A DNA stretch of 64,000 nt from positions 1 to 64,000 of the forward strand of contig JAAOMT010000381.1 in assembly GCA_016748015.1 (NCBI GenBank), written 5' to 3'. A program made the translations under genes and the position numbers. Positions 53,630 through 64,000 of the stretch are shown piece by piece. Under the pieces are notes generated by a model. It made no database searches, had not been told where the DNA came from, and saw nothing but the letters and a program-made list of their open reading frames with translations. Position 1 is the first letter of the stretch, and each line of letters begins with the position of its first letter. The DNA is from Geosiphon pyriformis uo1 (taxonomy: Eukaryota > Fungi > Glomeromycota).

Positions 53630-56425
53630 TATTACAGGTTGGAGTAACAAATTAATGAATAACAAGAGAAAACATGATTATAGAATGATAAAAAAAATCA
53701 AAAAGAATTTAACTTCAAAGAGCAAATTAAATAAATATGAATTTAATATGTAAGATCAGTTTTATAAAATATCTTAGTCACTATACTTTTCAAAAAATAA
53801 CTGGAAAATTTGAAGGTAAAGAAATAGTCTGTACTGTTAACAAATGATTAGTATAATTCTATGCTTTATGTTAACACTCTTAAAATTCAATATCAAGTAT
53901 CAAATGTATTTTTTAGTCATGTTTTATTTAATAATTTTCCAATACTACAATTATATGTTTCAAGAAAAAAATAAGAAATAACCAACAAATAATTCTTTAT
54001 CTTAAAATGTTCAGATACTTAAAAGTAGAAAAAGAGAAATTAGTGATAAAAGAAAGATTAAGATAAAAGTTGTTATTTTATTTTCTTGATTTCTAACATT
54101 TTTTTCTATAGCTAAAAAATTCATTGCTTATATAGCTATTAAAAATAGTCAATAATCAGGTCAATAACTAGATCAATGATCAAGTTAATGATCAAGTCAA
54201 TAATCAGATCAATAATTAGATCAATAATCAGATCAATGGTTAAATTATTGATCAAGTCAATAATCACTATCTAAAAATAAGATGGCTAATTATATGACAT
54301 TAATAGCTTATATATATAATAACTAATAAAAAGTATGAGTTTTAACTATAATATTATCTTTTTCAAAAAGATTAAGCTTTGGCAAAATTAAGCTATTTAT
54401 AAAATAATCTATTTAAAGGGTTTTGTCTAATTCAAAGCTAACTAGTTTATTGAAATTTTTGGTAAATAAAGTATATAATATTTGAAGCAAAATGAGTTTT
54501 ATATTCAAAAGACCAAATCTTTGTATTAGAGTTTAGGTTCTTATAACAATAGTTAAAACTCTTGAAACATCTAATTATATAATGCCCAAAATTTCTGTCT
54601 GTATCTTTGAAGTTGTTTTTTTTATTAGTTTTATGTCCTTTATGATTTCACCAAGGTGATCATAGAGTTTTAATTGTTTTTTATATGACAAGTTTTTGTT
54701 TATAAGCAAAATTTCTTGGAATGTATTTTCAATTGTGTTAAAAAGTAGGAATATAGCTGCTATTATACTTTTCAACAAATATTTATCTATTTTGTTACCA
54801 ATTTTTTTTCTTCTGGTAGTGGTTTTTTTGAGTCTAATAACAGTATATGTTTTATTGTTATTAGTTATAGTGATCTGTTTTCTAATAATCAGAGTAGTAT
54901 TTGAATAGTTTTTGATCTAATATTTATGGAGAGTATAGAAGACATTTTAAATGTTTTAATCCAGAAAATAATTATTCATGTCAATTAAAAATACTTCTGT
55001 TTTAAGAATAGTGTATTTATTTATACTTGATTTTTGCTAATTATTTGAGTCAGTATTACCACAACAGACAACCAATTAGATCGTTTATAATATTTCTTGA
55101 GTTATGTATCATAAACAGAACAATTATTGAAAATTGTTCTGGATTGATTTTAAAGAATATAAAAACCATTGTTCAAAACTTTGTTGACTAAAAAAGGTCT
55201 TTTTTACTGGCTAGAGAATTTATTACAATAAAAATTGTCTTTGTTTGAACAGTATTCCAATACTAAATTACCAATACTTAAGAAAAGTGTTTTATAAGTT
55301 TTTTTTTTCTTAAGCTTTTCTTGGAACTGTTTTATCTTTTCAAAAGCAATTATTTGTGCTTTTACTAAGGAATCAAGAATGATACCAAGTCTTTTTTACA
55401 AAATGTTTTTATAATTTTCTATTGTGATTTCTTTAAAAATATTGTTTTAATATCAGTTTTTATTGGTAGTGTTGCCATGTGTTTATAGAGCAGATAAAAA
55501 AATTTATAACTTGTTATGTTATGATTCACAGTTCTATAAGCAAACAAAACTGAAAACAGTACTTTGTCTCATAAGTTTGTTTTTTTATTGGTTTTGGCTA
55601 AGGTTTTACATAAAATTTTATTGAAATATTCTATTAGACTATTTGTTTGAAAGTGGTAAAGAAAAAAAAGTTTATAACATATTTCCATTTTTTTACAAAG
55701 TTCTTCAACTAGTATACTGAGAAAAGCTTTTTTTCTATCAGATAAAAGTTTTTTGGGGCAGCCATAATGGCAGATAATATCTTAATAAATGAAGTTAGTT
55801 ATTGAGACTGCTGTTTGGTCTGAAATGATTCTTGCTTCTACTTACTTTGTAAGATAATTGGTAGCTGCAATAATGTATCTATTGCCATCAAAAGTTATTG
55901 TTAAGAGTCTAACAACATCTATACAAATTCTGTCAAATGATTGGCCAACAAAGATTGGATAAATATTTTTCTTCTGGTTGGGTTTTTCTCTTCTTTGACA
56001 AGTGTTACAGATTTTAATGTACTTAGCAATGTTTTTTTCTAAGATAGACCAATAATAGTAAGCTAAAGTTTTCTGAATTGTTTTTGTTTTTCCAAAGTGT
56101 TCAGCTAATGAATCAGTGTGCATGTTGTAGATCACAATTTTTTTTTCTTTAAATTTAATGACTTTTTGGAAGTGATTAGATTCTTTTCTATTTCTTTTGT
56201 AAAATTGGTTCTAGTGAATTAAATAGAAATTTGATTGTTTGCACAAATGTTCTTTTTGCTGTTAAGTGTATTCTGGTGAATATTGTTTTTTACCCAAAAA
56301 TTTCATTAAGGCAGAATAATTGTTCAAATCTATTATTGTGTTTGTTTATAAGAGTATTACTAATAATTAAGTTGGTTTGGTTGAGAAGTTGTATTATTAC
56401 TGAATAGTAAGTCTAAAGAAAGCAT
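53630..56425 (-). mobile_element. 3' portion of a Ty3/Gypsy family C element: end of RNase H, integrase, ORF3, PPT, 3' LTR (53630-54353); interrupted at 56426 by Gypsy B
   Basis: HHCC finger HTDSLAEHFG...CNTCQR; FDRICIDVVRLLTIT...YIIAATNYLTK; YHFQTNSLIEYFN; purine tract 54354-54364 next to LTR C. Confidence 0.88.
54410..54980 (-). pseudogene. Extra ORF (ORF3) downstream of integrase in Gypsy C, unknown function
   Basis: One frame of ~165+ codons with only two internal stops: ...KQLKLYDHLGEIIKDIK...VSRVLTIVIRT*TLIQRFG...LYTLFTKNFNKLVSFEL. Confidence 0.55.
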
Positions 56426-57399
56426 TGTTACTAGTAGAATTTTAGTCATTAATTAGCATGAATTTATCTTCATAATTTTTATTATTAATTAGCATATACT
56501 ATTATCATTTCAATTATTACTTATTATTTAACTAAATTATCAAATATCATCATTTAATTAATAACCCAATTTGTACTATAGAAATTAAGATAATCAATAT
56601 TCTGAACCATTTAATATAATCAAAATTCATAAAAATTGGCCGAAATAATTAATAATTTGTAGAAATAACTTGTAATTTGCCAAAATATATCTTTAGTTTG
56701 CCAAAATTAAAGCAAAGAGAAAAGTGCAAGTTCAAAGACTAGTACTATAACAAATTATATAAAAAAAAAGCTTCTCTTTTCAAAAAAATGTATCTTCTTA
56801 TAGTATTTTATCATAGTATCTTACTTTAAATATCTTAATTAGAACAAATCACTTTTTATACATCTTAAATAAAAATTAAATATTCGAAAACCAAATTCTT
56901 TGATTATTGCATTTGAAATTTCCTTAACACAACTAATATTTTGAAATTGATTAGCTACTAACTTTAGTAATCTGTTAATAATTTCAGACCTGAATAGAAA
57001 ATGTTTCCTTTAACACAATTCTATTTCTTTTACATTTTTTTTATTTTCTTTTACTTTTTATTATAATCATTAGAGTAGTCTACAGACAAAATTTTTATAG
57101 AAAAGTTGATTTTTACAGCAAAGTAACTACACATTTTAGTGAGCTTCTAGATAAGCAATTTTTGAGAAAGAGTTGACATTTACTACAATATAACTACACA
57201 AAACAACTGGCATAAAATTGACCATTTTATTTATAAAACCAGCAGTTCAAATTATAGAAGATAATTTGAAGATAAATTCAGTTATTAGAGGTTTAACAGC
57301 TTTCAAAAAATGTGAAATTAGCAACAAACAGACATTAAAAACACTCAAGAAAAGATACCAAAAATCTTTGGTAATATTTGGTGCTCTTCTACAGAAATA

Positions 57400-59830
57400 A
57401 TATAGCAATAACAACTTTAAAATAGCGACCACACTAGACACAACAACTCTAGAATATTATTAGTTAATTTACACTCACTGTAAACAAAGATTCAATATCC
57501 AAAACGGAATTGAAATTTTCAAGAAATCATTATACCAACATATTAAAAACTGTATTAACAATTATCTTTTTGGAAATTACAATATTTCAAAAGTTAGAAA
57601 CAACCTCTATAATAATTTATTACATTATTCACAAATGAAAACTGAAGCTCTTAACAGTGAAACACTTGCCATCTACTTCTAAGAACTTAATTTTAATATT
57701 ATTTAGTATTGCGAAAAAAAATATTCAGTACAATTTAAATACTCTGTTGACTTTAAATCAGAACCAGAAAACAGCAACAACAGAAAACAAAAAAAGAAAC
57801 TTTGAATTATCTATACAACTTACAACATACCAAAAACAACTGCTAAATACTTACAAATACTTAAACAAGGAACCAGTATTAAATTACCACTTTCTATTAT
57901 ACTATTTCCAATTTTGCTTGCTTAATCACAAACACCAAATTTACTACTTATCTGTTTCTTAAGACCAGAAGATTTTCAGTTACCTAAAAGTTCTATTCAA
58001 CAGCAAAAACTAATATTAACTAGCATTAATCTTCTTAATTACTTACAGGAAAACAAAAATAATTATTCAGAGAACTTAGAAAGTAAAAAAACTGAATCAA
58101 AATAAGAAGAAACTACAGAAAACAAAGAAGAAATAACAACTGCTTATATTGCAAAAATTCCAAAATTTATTAGTGAAAATAATAATACTAGCCCTCAAGA
58201 ATGGCTTAATAAAGTCCAGAAAGCAGGAGATGTAAATGAATGAAATATAGCAAGAATGCTCAAAGCAATCTTATACTTTCTTTAAGGAACTGCAGAAAAA
58301 TGGTTTGAAAACTTAAAAAAACTATTTGAAAACTGGCAAGCATTCAAAAATGTTTTTTTACAACAATTTATTAACAACTCTTCGAAATTGCTTTCACAAT
58401 ATTAAGCAAAAAACATCTGAAACTGTTATGACCTATTTTAGAAGATTCAATAAACTTCTTAGACAAATTTGACAATTGGAAACCAATGATTACTATTTTA
58501 ATGCCCAGATTTTAGATCAGTTTATAGCAGGATTAAAAAACAAATTGATTAAGAAAGTTTGTTCACATGTCCCAACAGACTTAGCAACAGCTATTAAATA
58601 TGCAAAAAACTATGAAATAGCAATAAAAAAAGCAAACTATACCAAACTTATGAATCTTGCTATTGAAAAAACCAGCTTAGCAGCTGAAGAGAAAATTAAC
58701 CAACTCACAAAAAAAGTTGAAAACTATTTTACCAATTAACAACAACAGCAACAACTATAAAGATATTAGCCACTTCAATGACACAATCAAAACAATTACT
58801 CTTTATTATCTAACAATTAACTACAAAGCTATTATTATTGTGAAATTTTAGGACTTTAGAAATAAGATTGTAGAAAGATGCAAAGAGACCAACAAAACAA
58901 GAATAATTAATCTTATCTTTAACCTCAACAAGCTTATTATCAATCTCTATTACTACCACCTGCTTATTATTTTTTAAGACCCCAACAGTAAAACAATTAC
59001 TATTAGTCTGCTTCATAGCAATAATACCAACAACTTCTGCCAACACCACAGTACTAGCAATTACTCTTCCAGTCTAATAATATTAAATATTTGCAAAAAA
59101 AGTAGAACAACAAAACCAAGTTATATCTCAAAACCGTTTTTTAACAAACAACAACAGATTCAATTCAAACAACTAATTAGTTTCTCAAAATTTGATTCAA
59201 AGATTCAATCACTATTATATCCAGCCAAGTTACTTAACCATGCCTGAAAAACAGGATTTTTAACAAACTGTACTTTCTAAAGATAAAGCTACAGCACCAA
59301 GATCAAACTCTTCCAACAATACTATTTTACCAGCCCAAATTGCTCAAAATGCCAATCTCTCATATATATTTCCATTTAAATTTGAAGCCAATAAAACACT
59401 ATTTTTGTTTAGCAATACAGCAGTCAATAAACAAAAAGCAATCATTGCTATATATACTAAAGCTAAAGTAAAAGAAAAACAAATCCACTTAATTCTAAAC
59501 AGTAGATCTGTTAAAAGTATTATCACTTATCAATTAATGCAACAGCTTAGAAAAAATGTTGACAGACCAGCTTAAACTGTAATTGTTACAACTGATAGAA
59601 TGAAAAAAACTCTAGTAAAAGAAATTGACAACTTTTCATTTATTATTAATGGAATTACCATTCTAGTTAAAATTTTAGTCATAAATACACTTTAATATTA
59701 AGTTCTTATCAGAAATAATTGGCTTCTTAAGGCCAATGTAAATTTAAATTAAAAAACTCAGAAATTAAAGATTTTATATCAAAGACAATACATTAGAGTA
59801 CCTGTTACCTATGGTATTTTTTATAAAAAA
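57400..59830 (+). pseudogene. Gypsy B gag (core ~58130-58740, CCHC ~58830-58875) and aspartic protease (~59440-59820)
   Basis: TAYIAKIPKF...SPQEWLNKVQKAG...AQILDQFIAGLK; YYCEILGL*K*DCRK; IHLILNSRSVKSIIT (LILDSGS decayed); VLIRNNWL (LxGxDWL). Confidence 0.88.
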
Positions 59831-60004
59831 TCTAAAAAAGCCTTAGTATTCAAATTTGAAAAAGAAAAAAAACTACCAATTACTGAAACCTTTATGGCTC
59901 TTAGATTACTATCTAATTGGACTGAGAAAACAGAACAAAAAATTTTTGAAGAAATCAGAAGATAGAATGTAATTAGATATTCTATATTAGAACCAAGGAA
60001 ACAA

Positions 60005-60640
60005 CCATTTTATATTCCACTCAAATACAAAGATTACAACAAGAGACTTTTATCAATGAGAGCATATATTTTCCCAGAAGAGAAATATAAAATTCATATT
60101 TGTTATTACTATAAAGCATGTCATAGAGAACAATTTGAATATTTCAAATAAAATAAAAAATAAGACAACATTTCTTGTTTCACATGTAAAGACATGCAAC
60201 CAAAAAATTGCAACTGAATTGATGTTGCAATAAAAAGAGGAGTATGTAATTAAATTTGCCAATATGTCTTATCAATTTCGAGAAAAGTTAGAAGAGGAAC
60301 ACCATTTGATGCAGCATACAACAGTGCTCTCAACAAACTCTATCACTACTCTTATAATGCTAAAATAATCTTTAATTTAACAATGACTTTAATCAATAGA
60401 GCTATACAGAAAGATGTTTGTCAAATAAAAGAAGCTGAATACATTGAATACATAATAGAATTAGCTAGATTCAACTATGAAAATAAAGTAGAAACATACC
60501 ACCAAATTACAAGCCACACTTATCTAATCCAAAAAGCTCAAATTTAATAATTAAAACAAATAAACATTCAATTATATGAAGAATGTATCATGTTTTGTGA
60601 TAATAAATAGTGTTCAGAATGTTATGCCCTTAGCATTCTC
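60005..60640 (+). pseudogene. Cys-rich domain of unknown function between protease and dUTPase
   Basis: YIPLKYKDYNKRL...ICYYYKACHREQF...ISCFTCKDM...GVCN*ICQY...LYEECIMFCDNK*CSECY; several Tyr fall where other copies have Cys (TGY>TAY). Confidence 0.7.
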
Positions 60641-60749
60641 TTATCCAACAAAAATAACCAGAAGAAAATTAAGTTTGGAAAACTTGAGCCAAAAGAAAAA
60701 ATTGCAACAACTTTAATCTATCTTATTGAAAATTAACCAGCCTTATAAC

Positions 60750-61175
60750 TCAAATATTTTAACAACAATGGTCAAGAAATTAAGCCAGAAAAAGCTCATG
60801 ATATGGATGTTAGATATAATCTATAATACCCAGGAAAAGATACTTTGGTTTTTCAACCAAAATCTTTAACAAAAATCAATCTAAAAATTGCTCTCAAAAT
60901 TTTACCAGGAGCAATAGTTTAAATTGCTTCTTGATCATCCTTAGCCAGCAAAAGAATCAACATCAGAGAAGAAGTTATAAATGCAGAATACACTGGAAAC
61001 ATGACCATTATGCTACAAAATGAAACTAAAAACCATTCAGAATAGAACATGCTGAAAAAATTGTCCAAGCAATTTATTTACTCTTAATTAACATTTCAGA
61101 GTTACAATCAGTTAATAACAGAAAACAATTAGGCAAAAGTGAAAGAAGAATACAAGATTTTGGTTCAACTGAACG
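60750..61175 (+). pseudogene. dut: Retroelement-encoded dUTPase (best-preserved copy)
   Basis: PEKAHDMDVRYNL (motif 1), IAS*SSLASKRI (motif 2, RSSLA), VINAEYTGNM (motif 3), EKIVQAI (motif 4), RRIQDFGST (motif 5, RG..GFGST). Confidence 0.88.
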
Positions 61176-61619
61176 ATTTACAGTTCCAGTAAATATAGCT
61201 CTTAATACACAGAATGAATTTTACCAGATTCTTTAACTTCTCCAACCAATTACCATTTTTTCTTTTGGAGAACATTACGAAATTTACACTTGCTCAAAAT
61301 TCACTACTACTCAACAAATCTTTGAATTCAATAAACAAATTTGTTTAAAGCATAAAATCTCAATCTTAAATGTTTATATTCTCAAAAAAATGAAAAAATT
61401 TTGAGTTAAATTTTACAACCCCAACAATTATCTTATTGTTTTATTAAATAAATTAGAAATTGGAATCATATATAGCAACATCTTCCAAGATAAAAACTTT
61501 CAAATTGTTTCTAATTTTATTGAAATTATAAGATATATCTTACTTCCCAACCCAAACATTATTTCTACTACTGAAAACTACCACCTTGTGAAAGAAAAAC
61601 TCTTTCAAATCAACATGGG

Positions 61620-63010
61620 TCTCTTAGAACTTTAATAACAAAGACAATTGAAACAGCTAATAGCTGAATTTGCTAATATATTTGCAAAAGACAACAATGT
61701 TTTGAAAAAAACTGATATTGTTTAACATCAAATTCACACAGAAGATGTTCTACTAAAATAATAACAAGTCTATTAAGTTTTATTTGCTAGTTACCAATTT
61801 ATTAGAGAAGAAGTTTAAAGAATGCTCAATAATAGATTGATCCAATTATCAAAAAGTCTATGGGCTTTATTAGTAGTTCTTGTTAAAAAGAAAAATAGAA
61901 AAATCAAATTTTGTGTTGATTATTGACAATTGAATAGTGTCACAATTAGAGATGCTTATCCTTTTTTAAGAATTAATAACATATTAGATGTTCTAAAAAA
62001 AGCCAAGTTTTTTTCAACTCTAGACTTGGAAAGTAGATACTAGTAAATTGAAATAAACCCAAAAGATTGTTTCTAAACAGCATTTATTATTCAAGAAAGA
62101 AACTATGAATTCAATGTTATGTTTTTTGGACTCTGTAATACACCAGCAACATTCCAGCAACTTATAGATGTTGTATATAAAAAACTTTTATGGCAATTAG
62201 TAATTGTCTATCTTGATAACACTAATGTGTACTTACCAAGCTTTAAAGCTCATCTCATTTACCTGCAAAAAGTTTTTTAATGATTATGGAAAACAGAATT
62301 AAAATTAAACATTGAAAAGCATTACTTTAGAAAAACAAGCTTAATTTTTCTGGACACTTTGTTAGCAAAGATAAAGTCAAACCAAATCTTGAAACAATCA
62401 GTGCTATTAAAAATTTTCAAACTTCCAAAAATATCACAAAGCTATGAAAATTTGTAGAATTAACTTTCTATTATTGGAAATTCATAAAAAAATTCTTAGA
62501 GATTGCCAAACCACTCAACTATCTTACCAACAAAAACATGCCATATTAGTGGACTAAAAAACAGCAAAAAGCTTTTAAAATTCTTAAAACAAAATTGACA
62601 ACAGCTCCAGTTCTTGCTTACTCAAACTTTAACAACTGATTCCAGTTAGCCACTGATGCTTTACACACAGCTTTTGGTGCCATTTTATTACAATTAGATG
62701 ATAATAACAATAAATAAGTAATTGTTTATGCTAGTAGAATACTTAAACCAACAAAACTCAAATATAACTCAACTGAATTAGAAGTCACCACAGTTATTTG
62801 GGCTCTCAAACATTTTCAACAATACTTGAAAAATGGAAAAGAATTTGATATCATAACTGACAATATTGGTCTTAAATGACTTAGTAAAAAAAAACAGAAC
62901 AAAGTACCAAACAGTTTTGATGAAATGATTTTCTAGCAGACTACAAATATATTATATATTACAAACCAGAAAAACTACACACCAAAATTGATAGTCTTTC
63001 AAGAATAAGA
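61620..63010 (+). pseudogene. Gypsy B reverse transcriptase + RNase H
   Basis: KFCVDY*QLNSVTIRDAYP; FSTLDLES; EFNVMFFGLCNTPATFQ; VYLDNTN (YLDD decayed, ~62209-62220); LATDA...VYASRILK...ELEVTTVIWALKHF...ITDN. Confidence 0.93.
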
Positions 63011-63269
63011 CAAGATTAATATTAACAACAAAACCACCACAACTTACTAAATCTATCAACAAAAATAACCAAACAATAATGGATTCCAGAAACTACAACA
63101 ACATCAAAAAATATTTGAAAACTCTTACTATGCAAGAAAATTGGTCTCCAAGTGAAAAACATTAATTATAATACCAATCAAATAATATTTTATATATTAC
63201 AACAAAATTTATTATAAAAATTACAGAAATTCAAACTAACCACTTAGATTAATACAAAAAAATAAAAAA

Positions 63270-64000
63270 GAAACAATTTTATATGTATACAGATCCTTTT
63301 TTAGCATACTTAAGAAGAGATAAAACAATTCAAAAAATTTTTGAACAATATTTTTGGCTCCACATACAAAAAAACATTTGACAATATGTAAAATTTTGTA
63401 ATAATTGTCAAAAAAGAGAAAGAATTTACTCCACAGAACCTTTAAATCTAATTAAAGTTAAACAACTTTTTGACAAAGTTGAAATTAATTTAGTTAGACC
63501 ATTACCTATCACAACCCAAAAAAATTTTTATATTGCAGTTGCAATAGATTATTTTACCAAATAGCCTAAAGCTAAAGCCATCTAAAGAGCAAATACAAAA
63601 TCAGTAGCAAATTTTATCTATAAAGACATTATTTGTAGACATAAATGCCCAATTAAACTTTTATCTGATCAAAAAACACATTTTGTAAACAACTTAATAC
63701 AAAAAATTTGTGAATAATTTAATGTCAAAAGATCTCTATTATTATCTTATTATCTCCAAACAAATAGACTTATAAAACATTTTAACAGAACATTGTATGA
63801 ATCTTTAGCCAAAGTCTTAACTAATTTTAAACAAGAATAGAATATATTTATTCCATTAATGTTACTGTCTACAAAACACTAAAACAAGATACTATGAAGC
63901 ACATACTATTTGATTTTACTTATAAAAGGACAGCAATATTACCAATTAATTTCATAATAGAAACATATCCAGTACAACCAATCAATGAAGAAAATTTTCA
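63270..64000 (+). pseudogene. Gypsy B integrase (partial)
   Basis: YVKFCNNCQKR; FDKVEINLVRPLPIT...IAVAIDYFTK*PKAKAI; LLSDQKTHF; YYLQTNRLIKHFNRTL. Confidence 0.9.

Larger units (their letters stand above)
56426..64000 (+). mobile_element. Ty3/Gypsy family B copy 1 (5' LTR 56426-57376, PBS, gag, PR, Cys-rich domain, dUTPase, RT, RH, IN), running off the window end
   Basis: LTR starts TGTTACTAG and matches 47931-48856; PBS TGGTGCTCTTCTACAG at 57379-57394; domains colinear (see sub-features). Confidence 0.93.

Noticed and set aside
54148-54265. Short regular repeats as a possible CRISPR array (also 21474-21538)
   Set aside because: Head-to-tail units without unique spacers, located inside LTR elements, with no cas genes and a eukaryotic context.
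60750-61175. dUTPase as a host gene or a bacterial/viral insertion
   Set aside because: It lies within the pol polyprotein, without introns, at the same position in three element copies.
57400-64000. Alternative genetic code (TAA/TAG = Gln) explaining the in-frame stops
   Set aside because: Stops replace both Gln and Trp, differ between copies, and co-occur with frameshifts and catalytic D>N changes; the intact gene ends in TAA.

Overview
Very AT-rich eukaryotic genomic DNA (spliceosomal GT-AG introns, standard code), most likely from a Glomeromycotina/Mucoromycota fungus. The transposon families resemble those I recall from Geosiphon-like genomes, but that is inference, not a search result. 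Most of the window is a graveyard of nested, C>T/G>A-hypermutated transposons. (i) RNase H-bearing LINEs at ~1280-8327, ~41170-42300 and ~42730-45285, plus a younger ORF1-only LINE derivative at ~31306-33590. (ii) Ty3/Gypsy elements with four LTR families (A-D), with 4-bp TSDs wherever both flanks survive. These include a full-length copy (13640-25667, TSD GTGT) sitting inside a hAT DNA transposon (12463-27545, TSD TAATAATT), which itself sits inside another Gypsy. (iii) A Tc1/mariner fragment. Only one intact gene is supported: a 3-exon, 258-aa single-pass surface protein (37846-38800) in a CpG-retaining island. The most interesting system is the Gypsy lineage architecture gag - protease - large Cys-rich domain of unknown function - dUTPase - RT - RNase H - integrase, found in two LTR families. 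Families A and C also carry an extra ORF after integrase. Other highlights are a RIP-like mutation signature with frequent CpA>TpA changes, and a HAL1-like element sharing a double-hairpin 3' UTR with the autonomous LINEs. All domain calls are by eye on degenerate frames, and internal boundaries are approximate.
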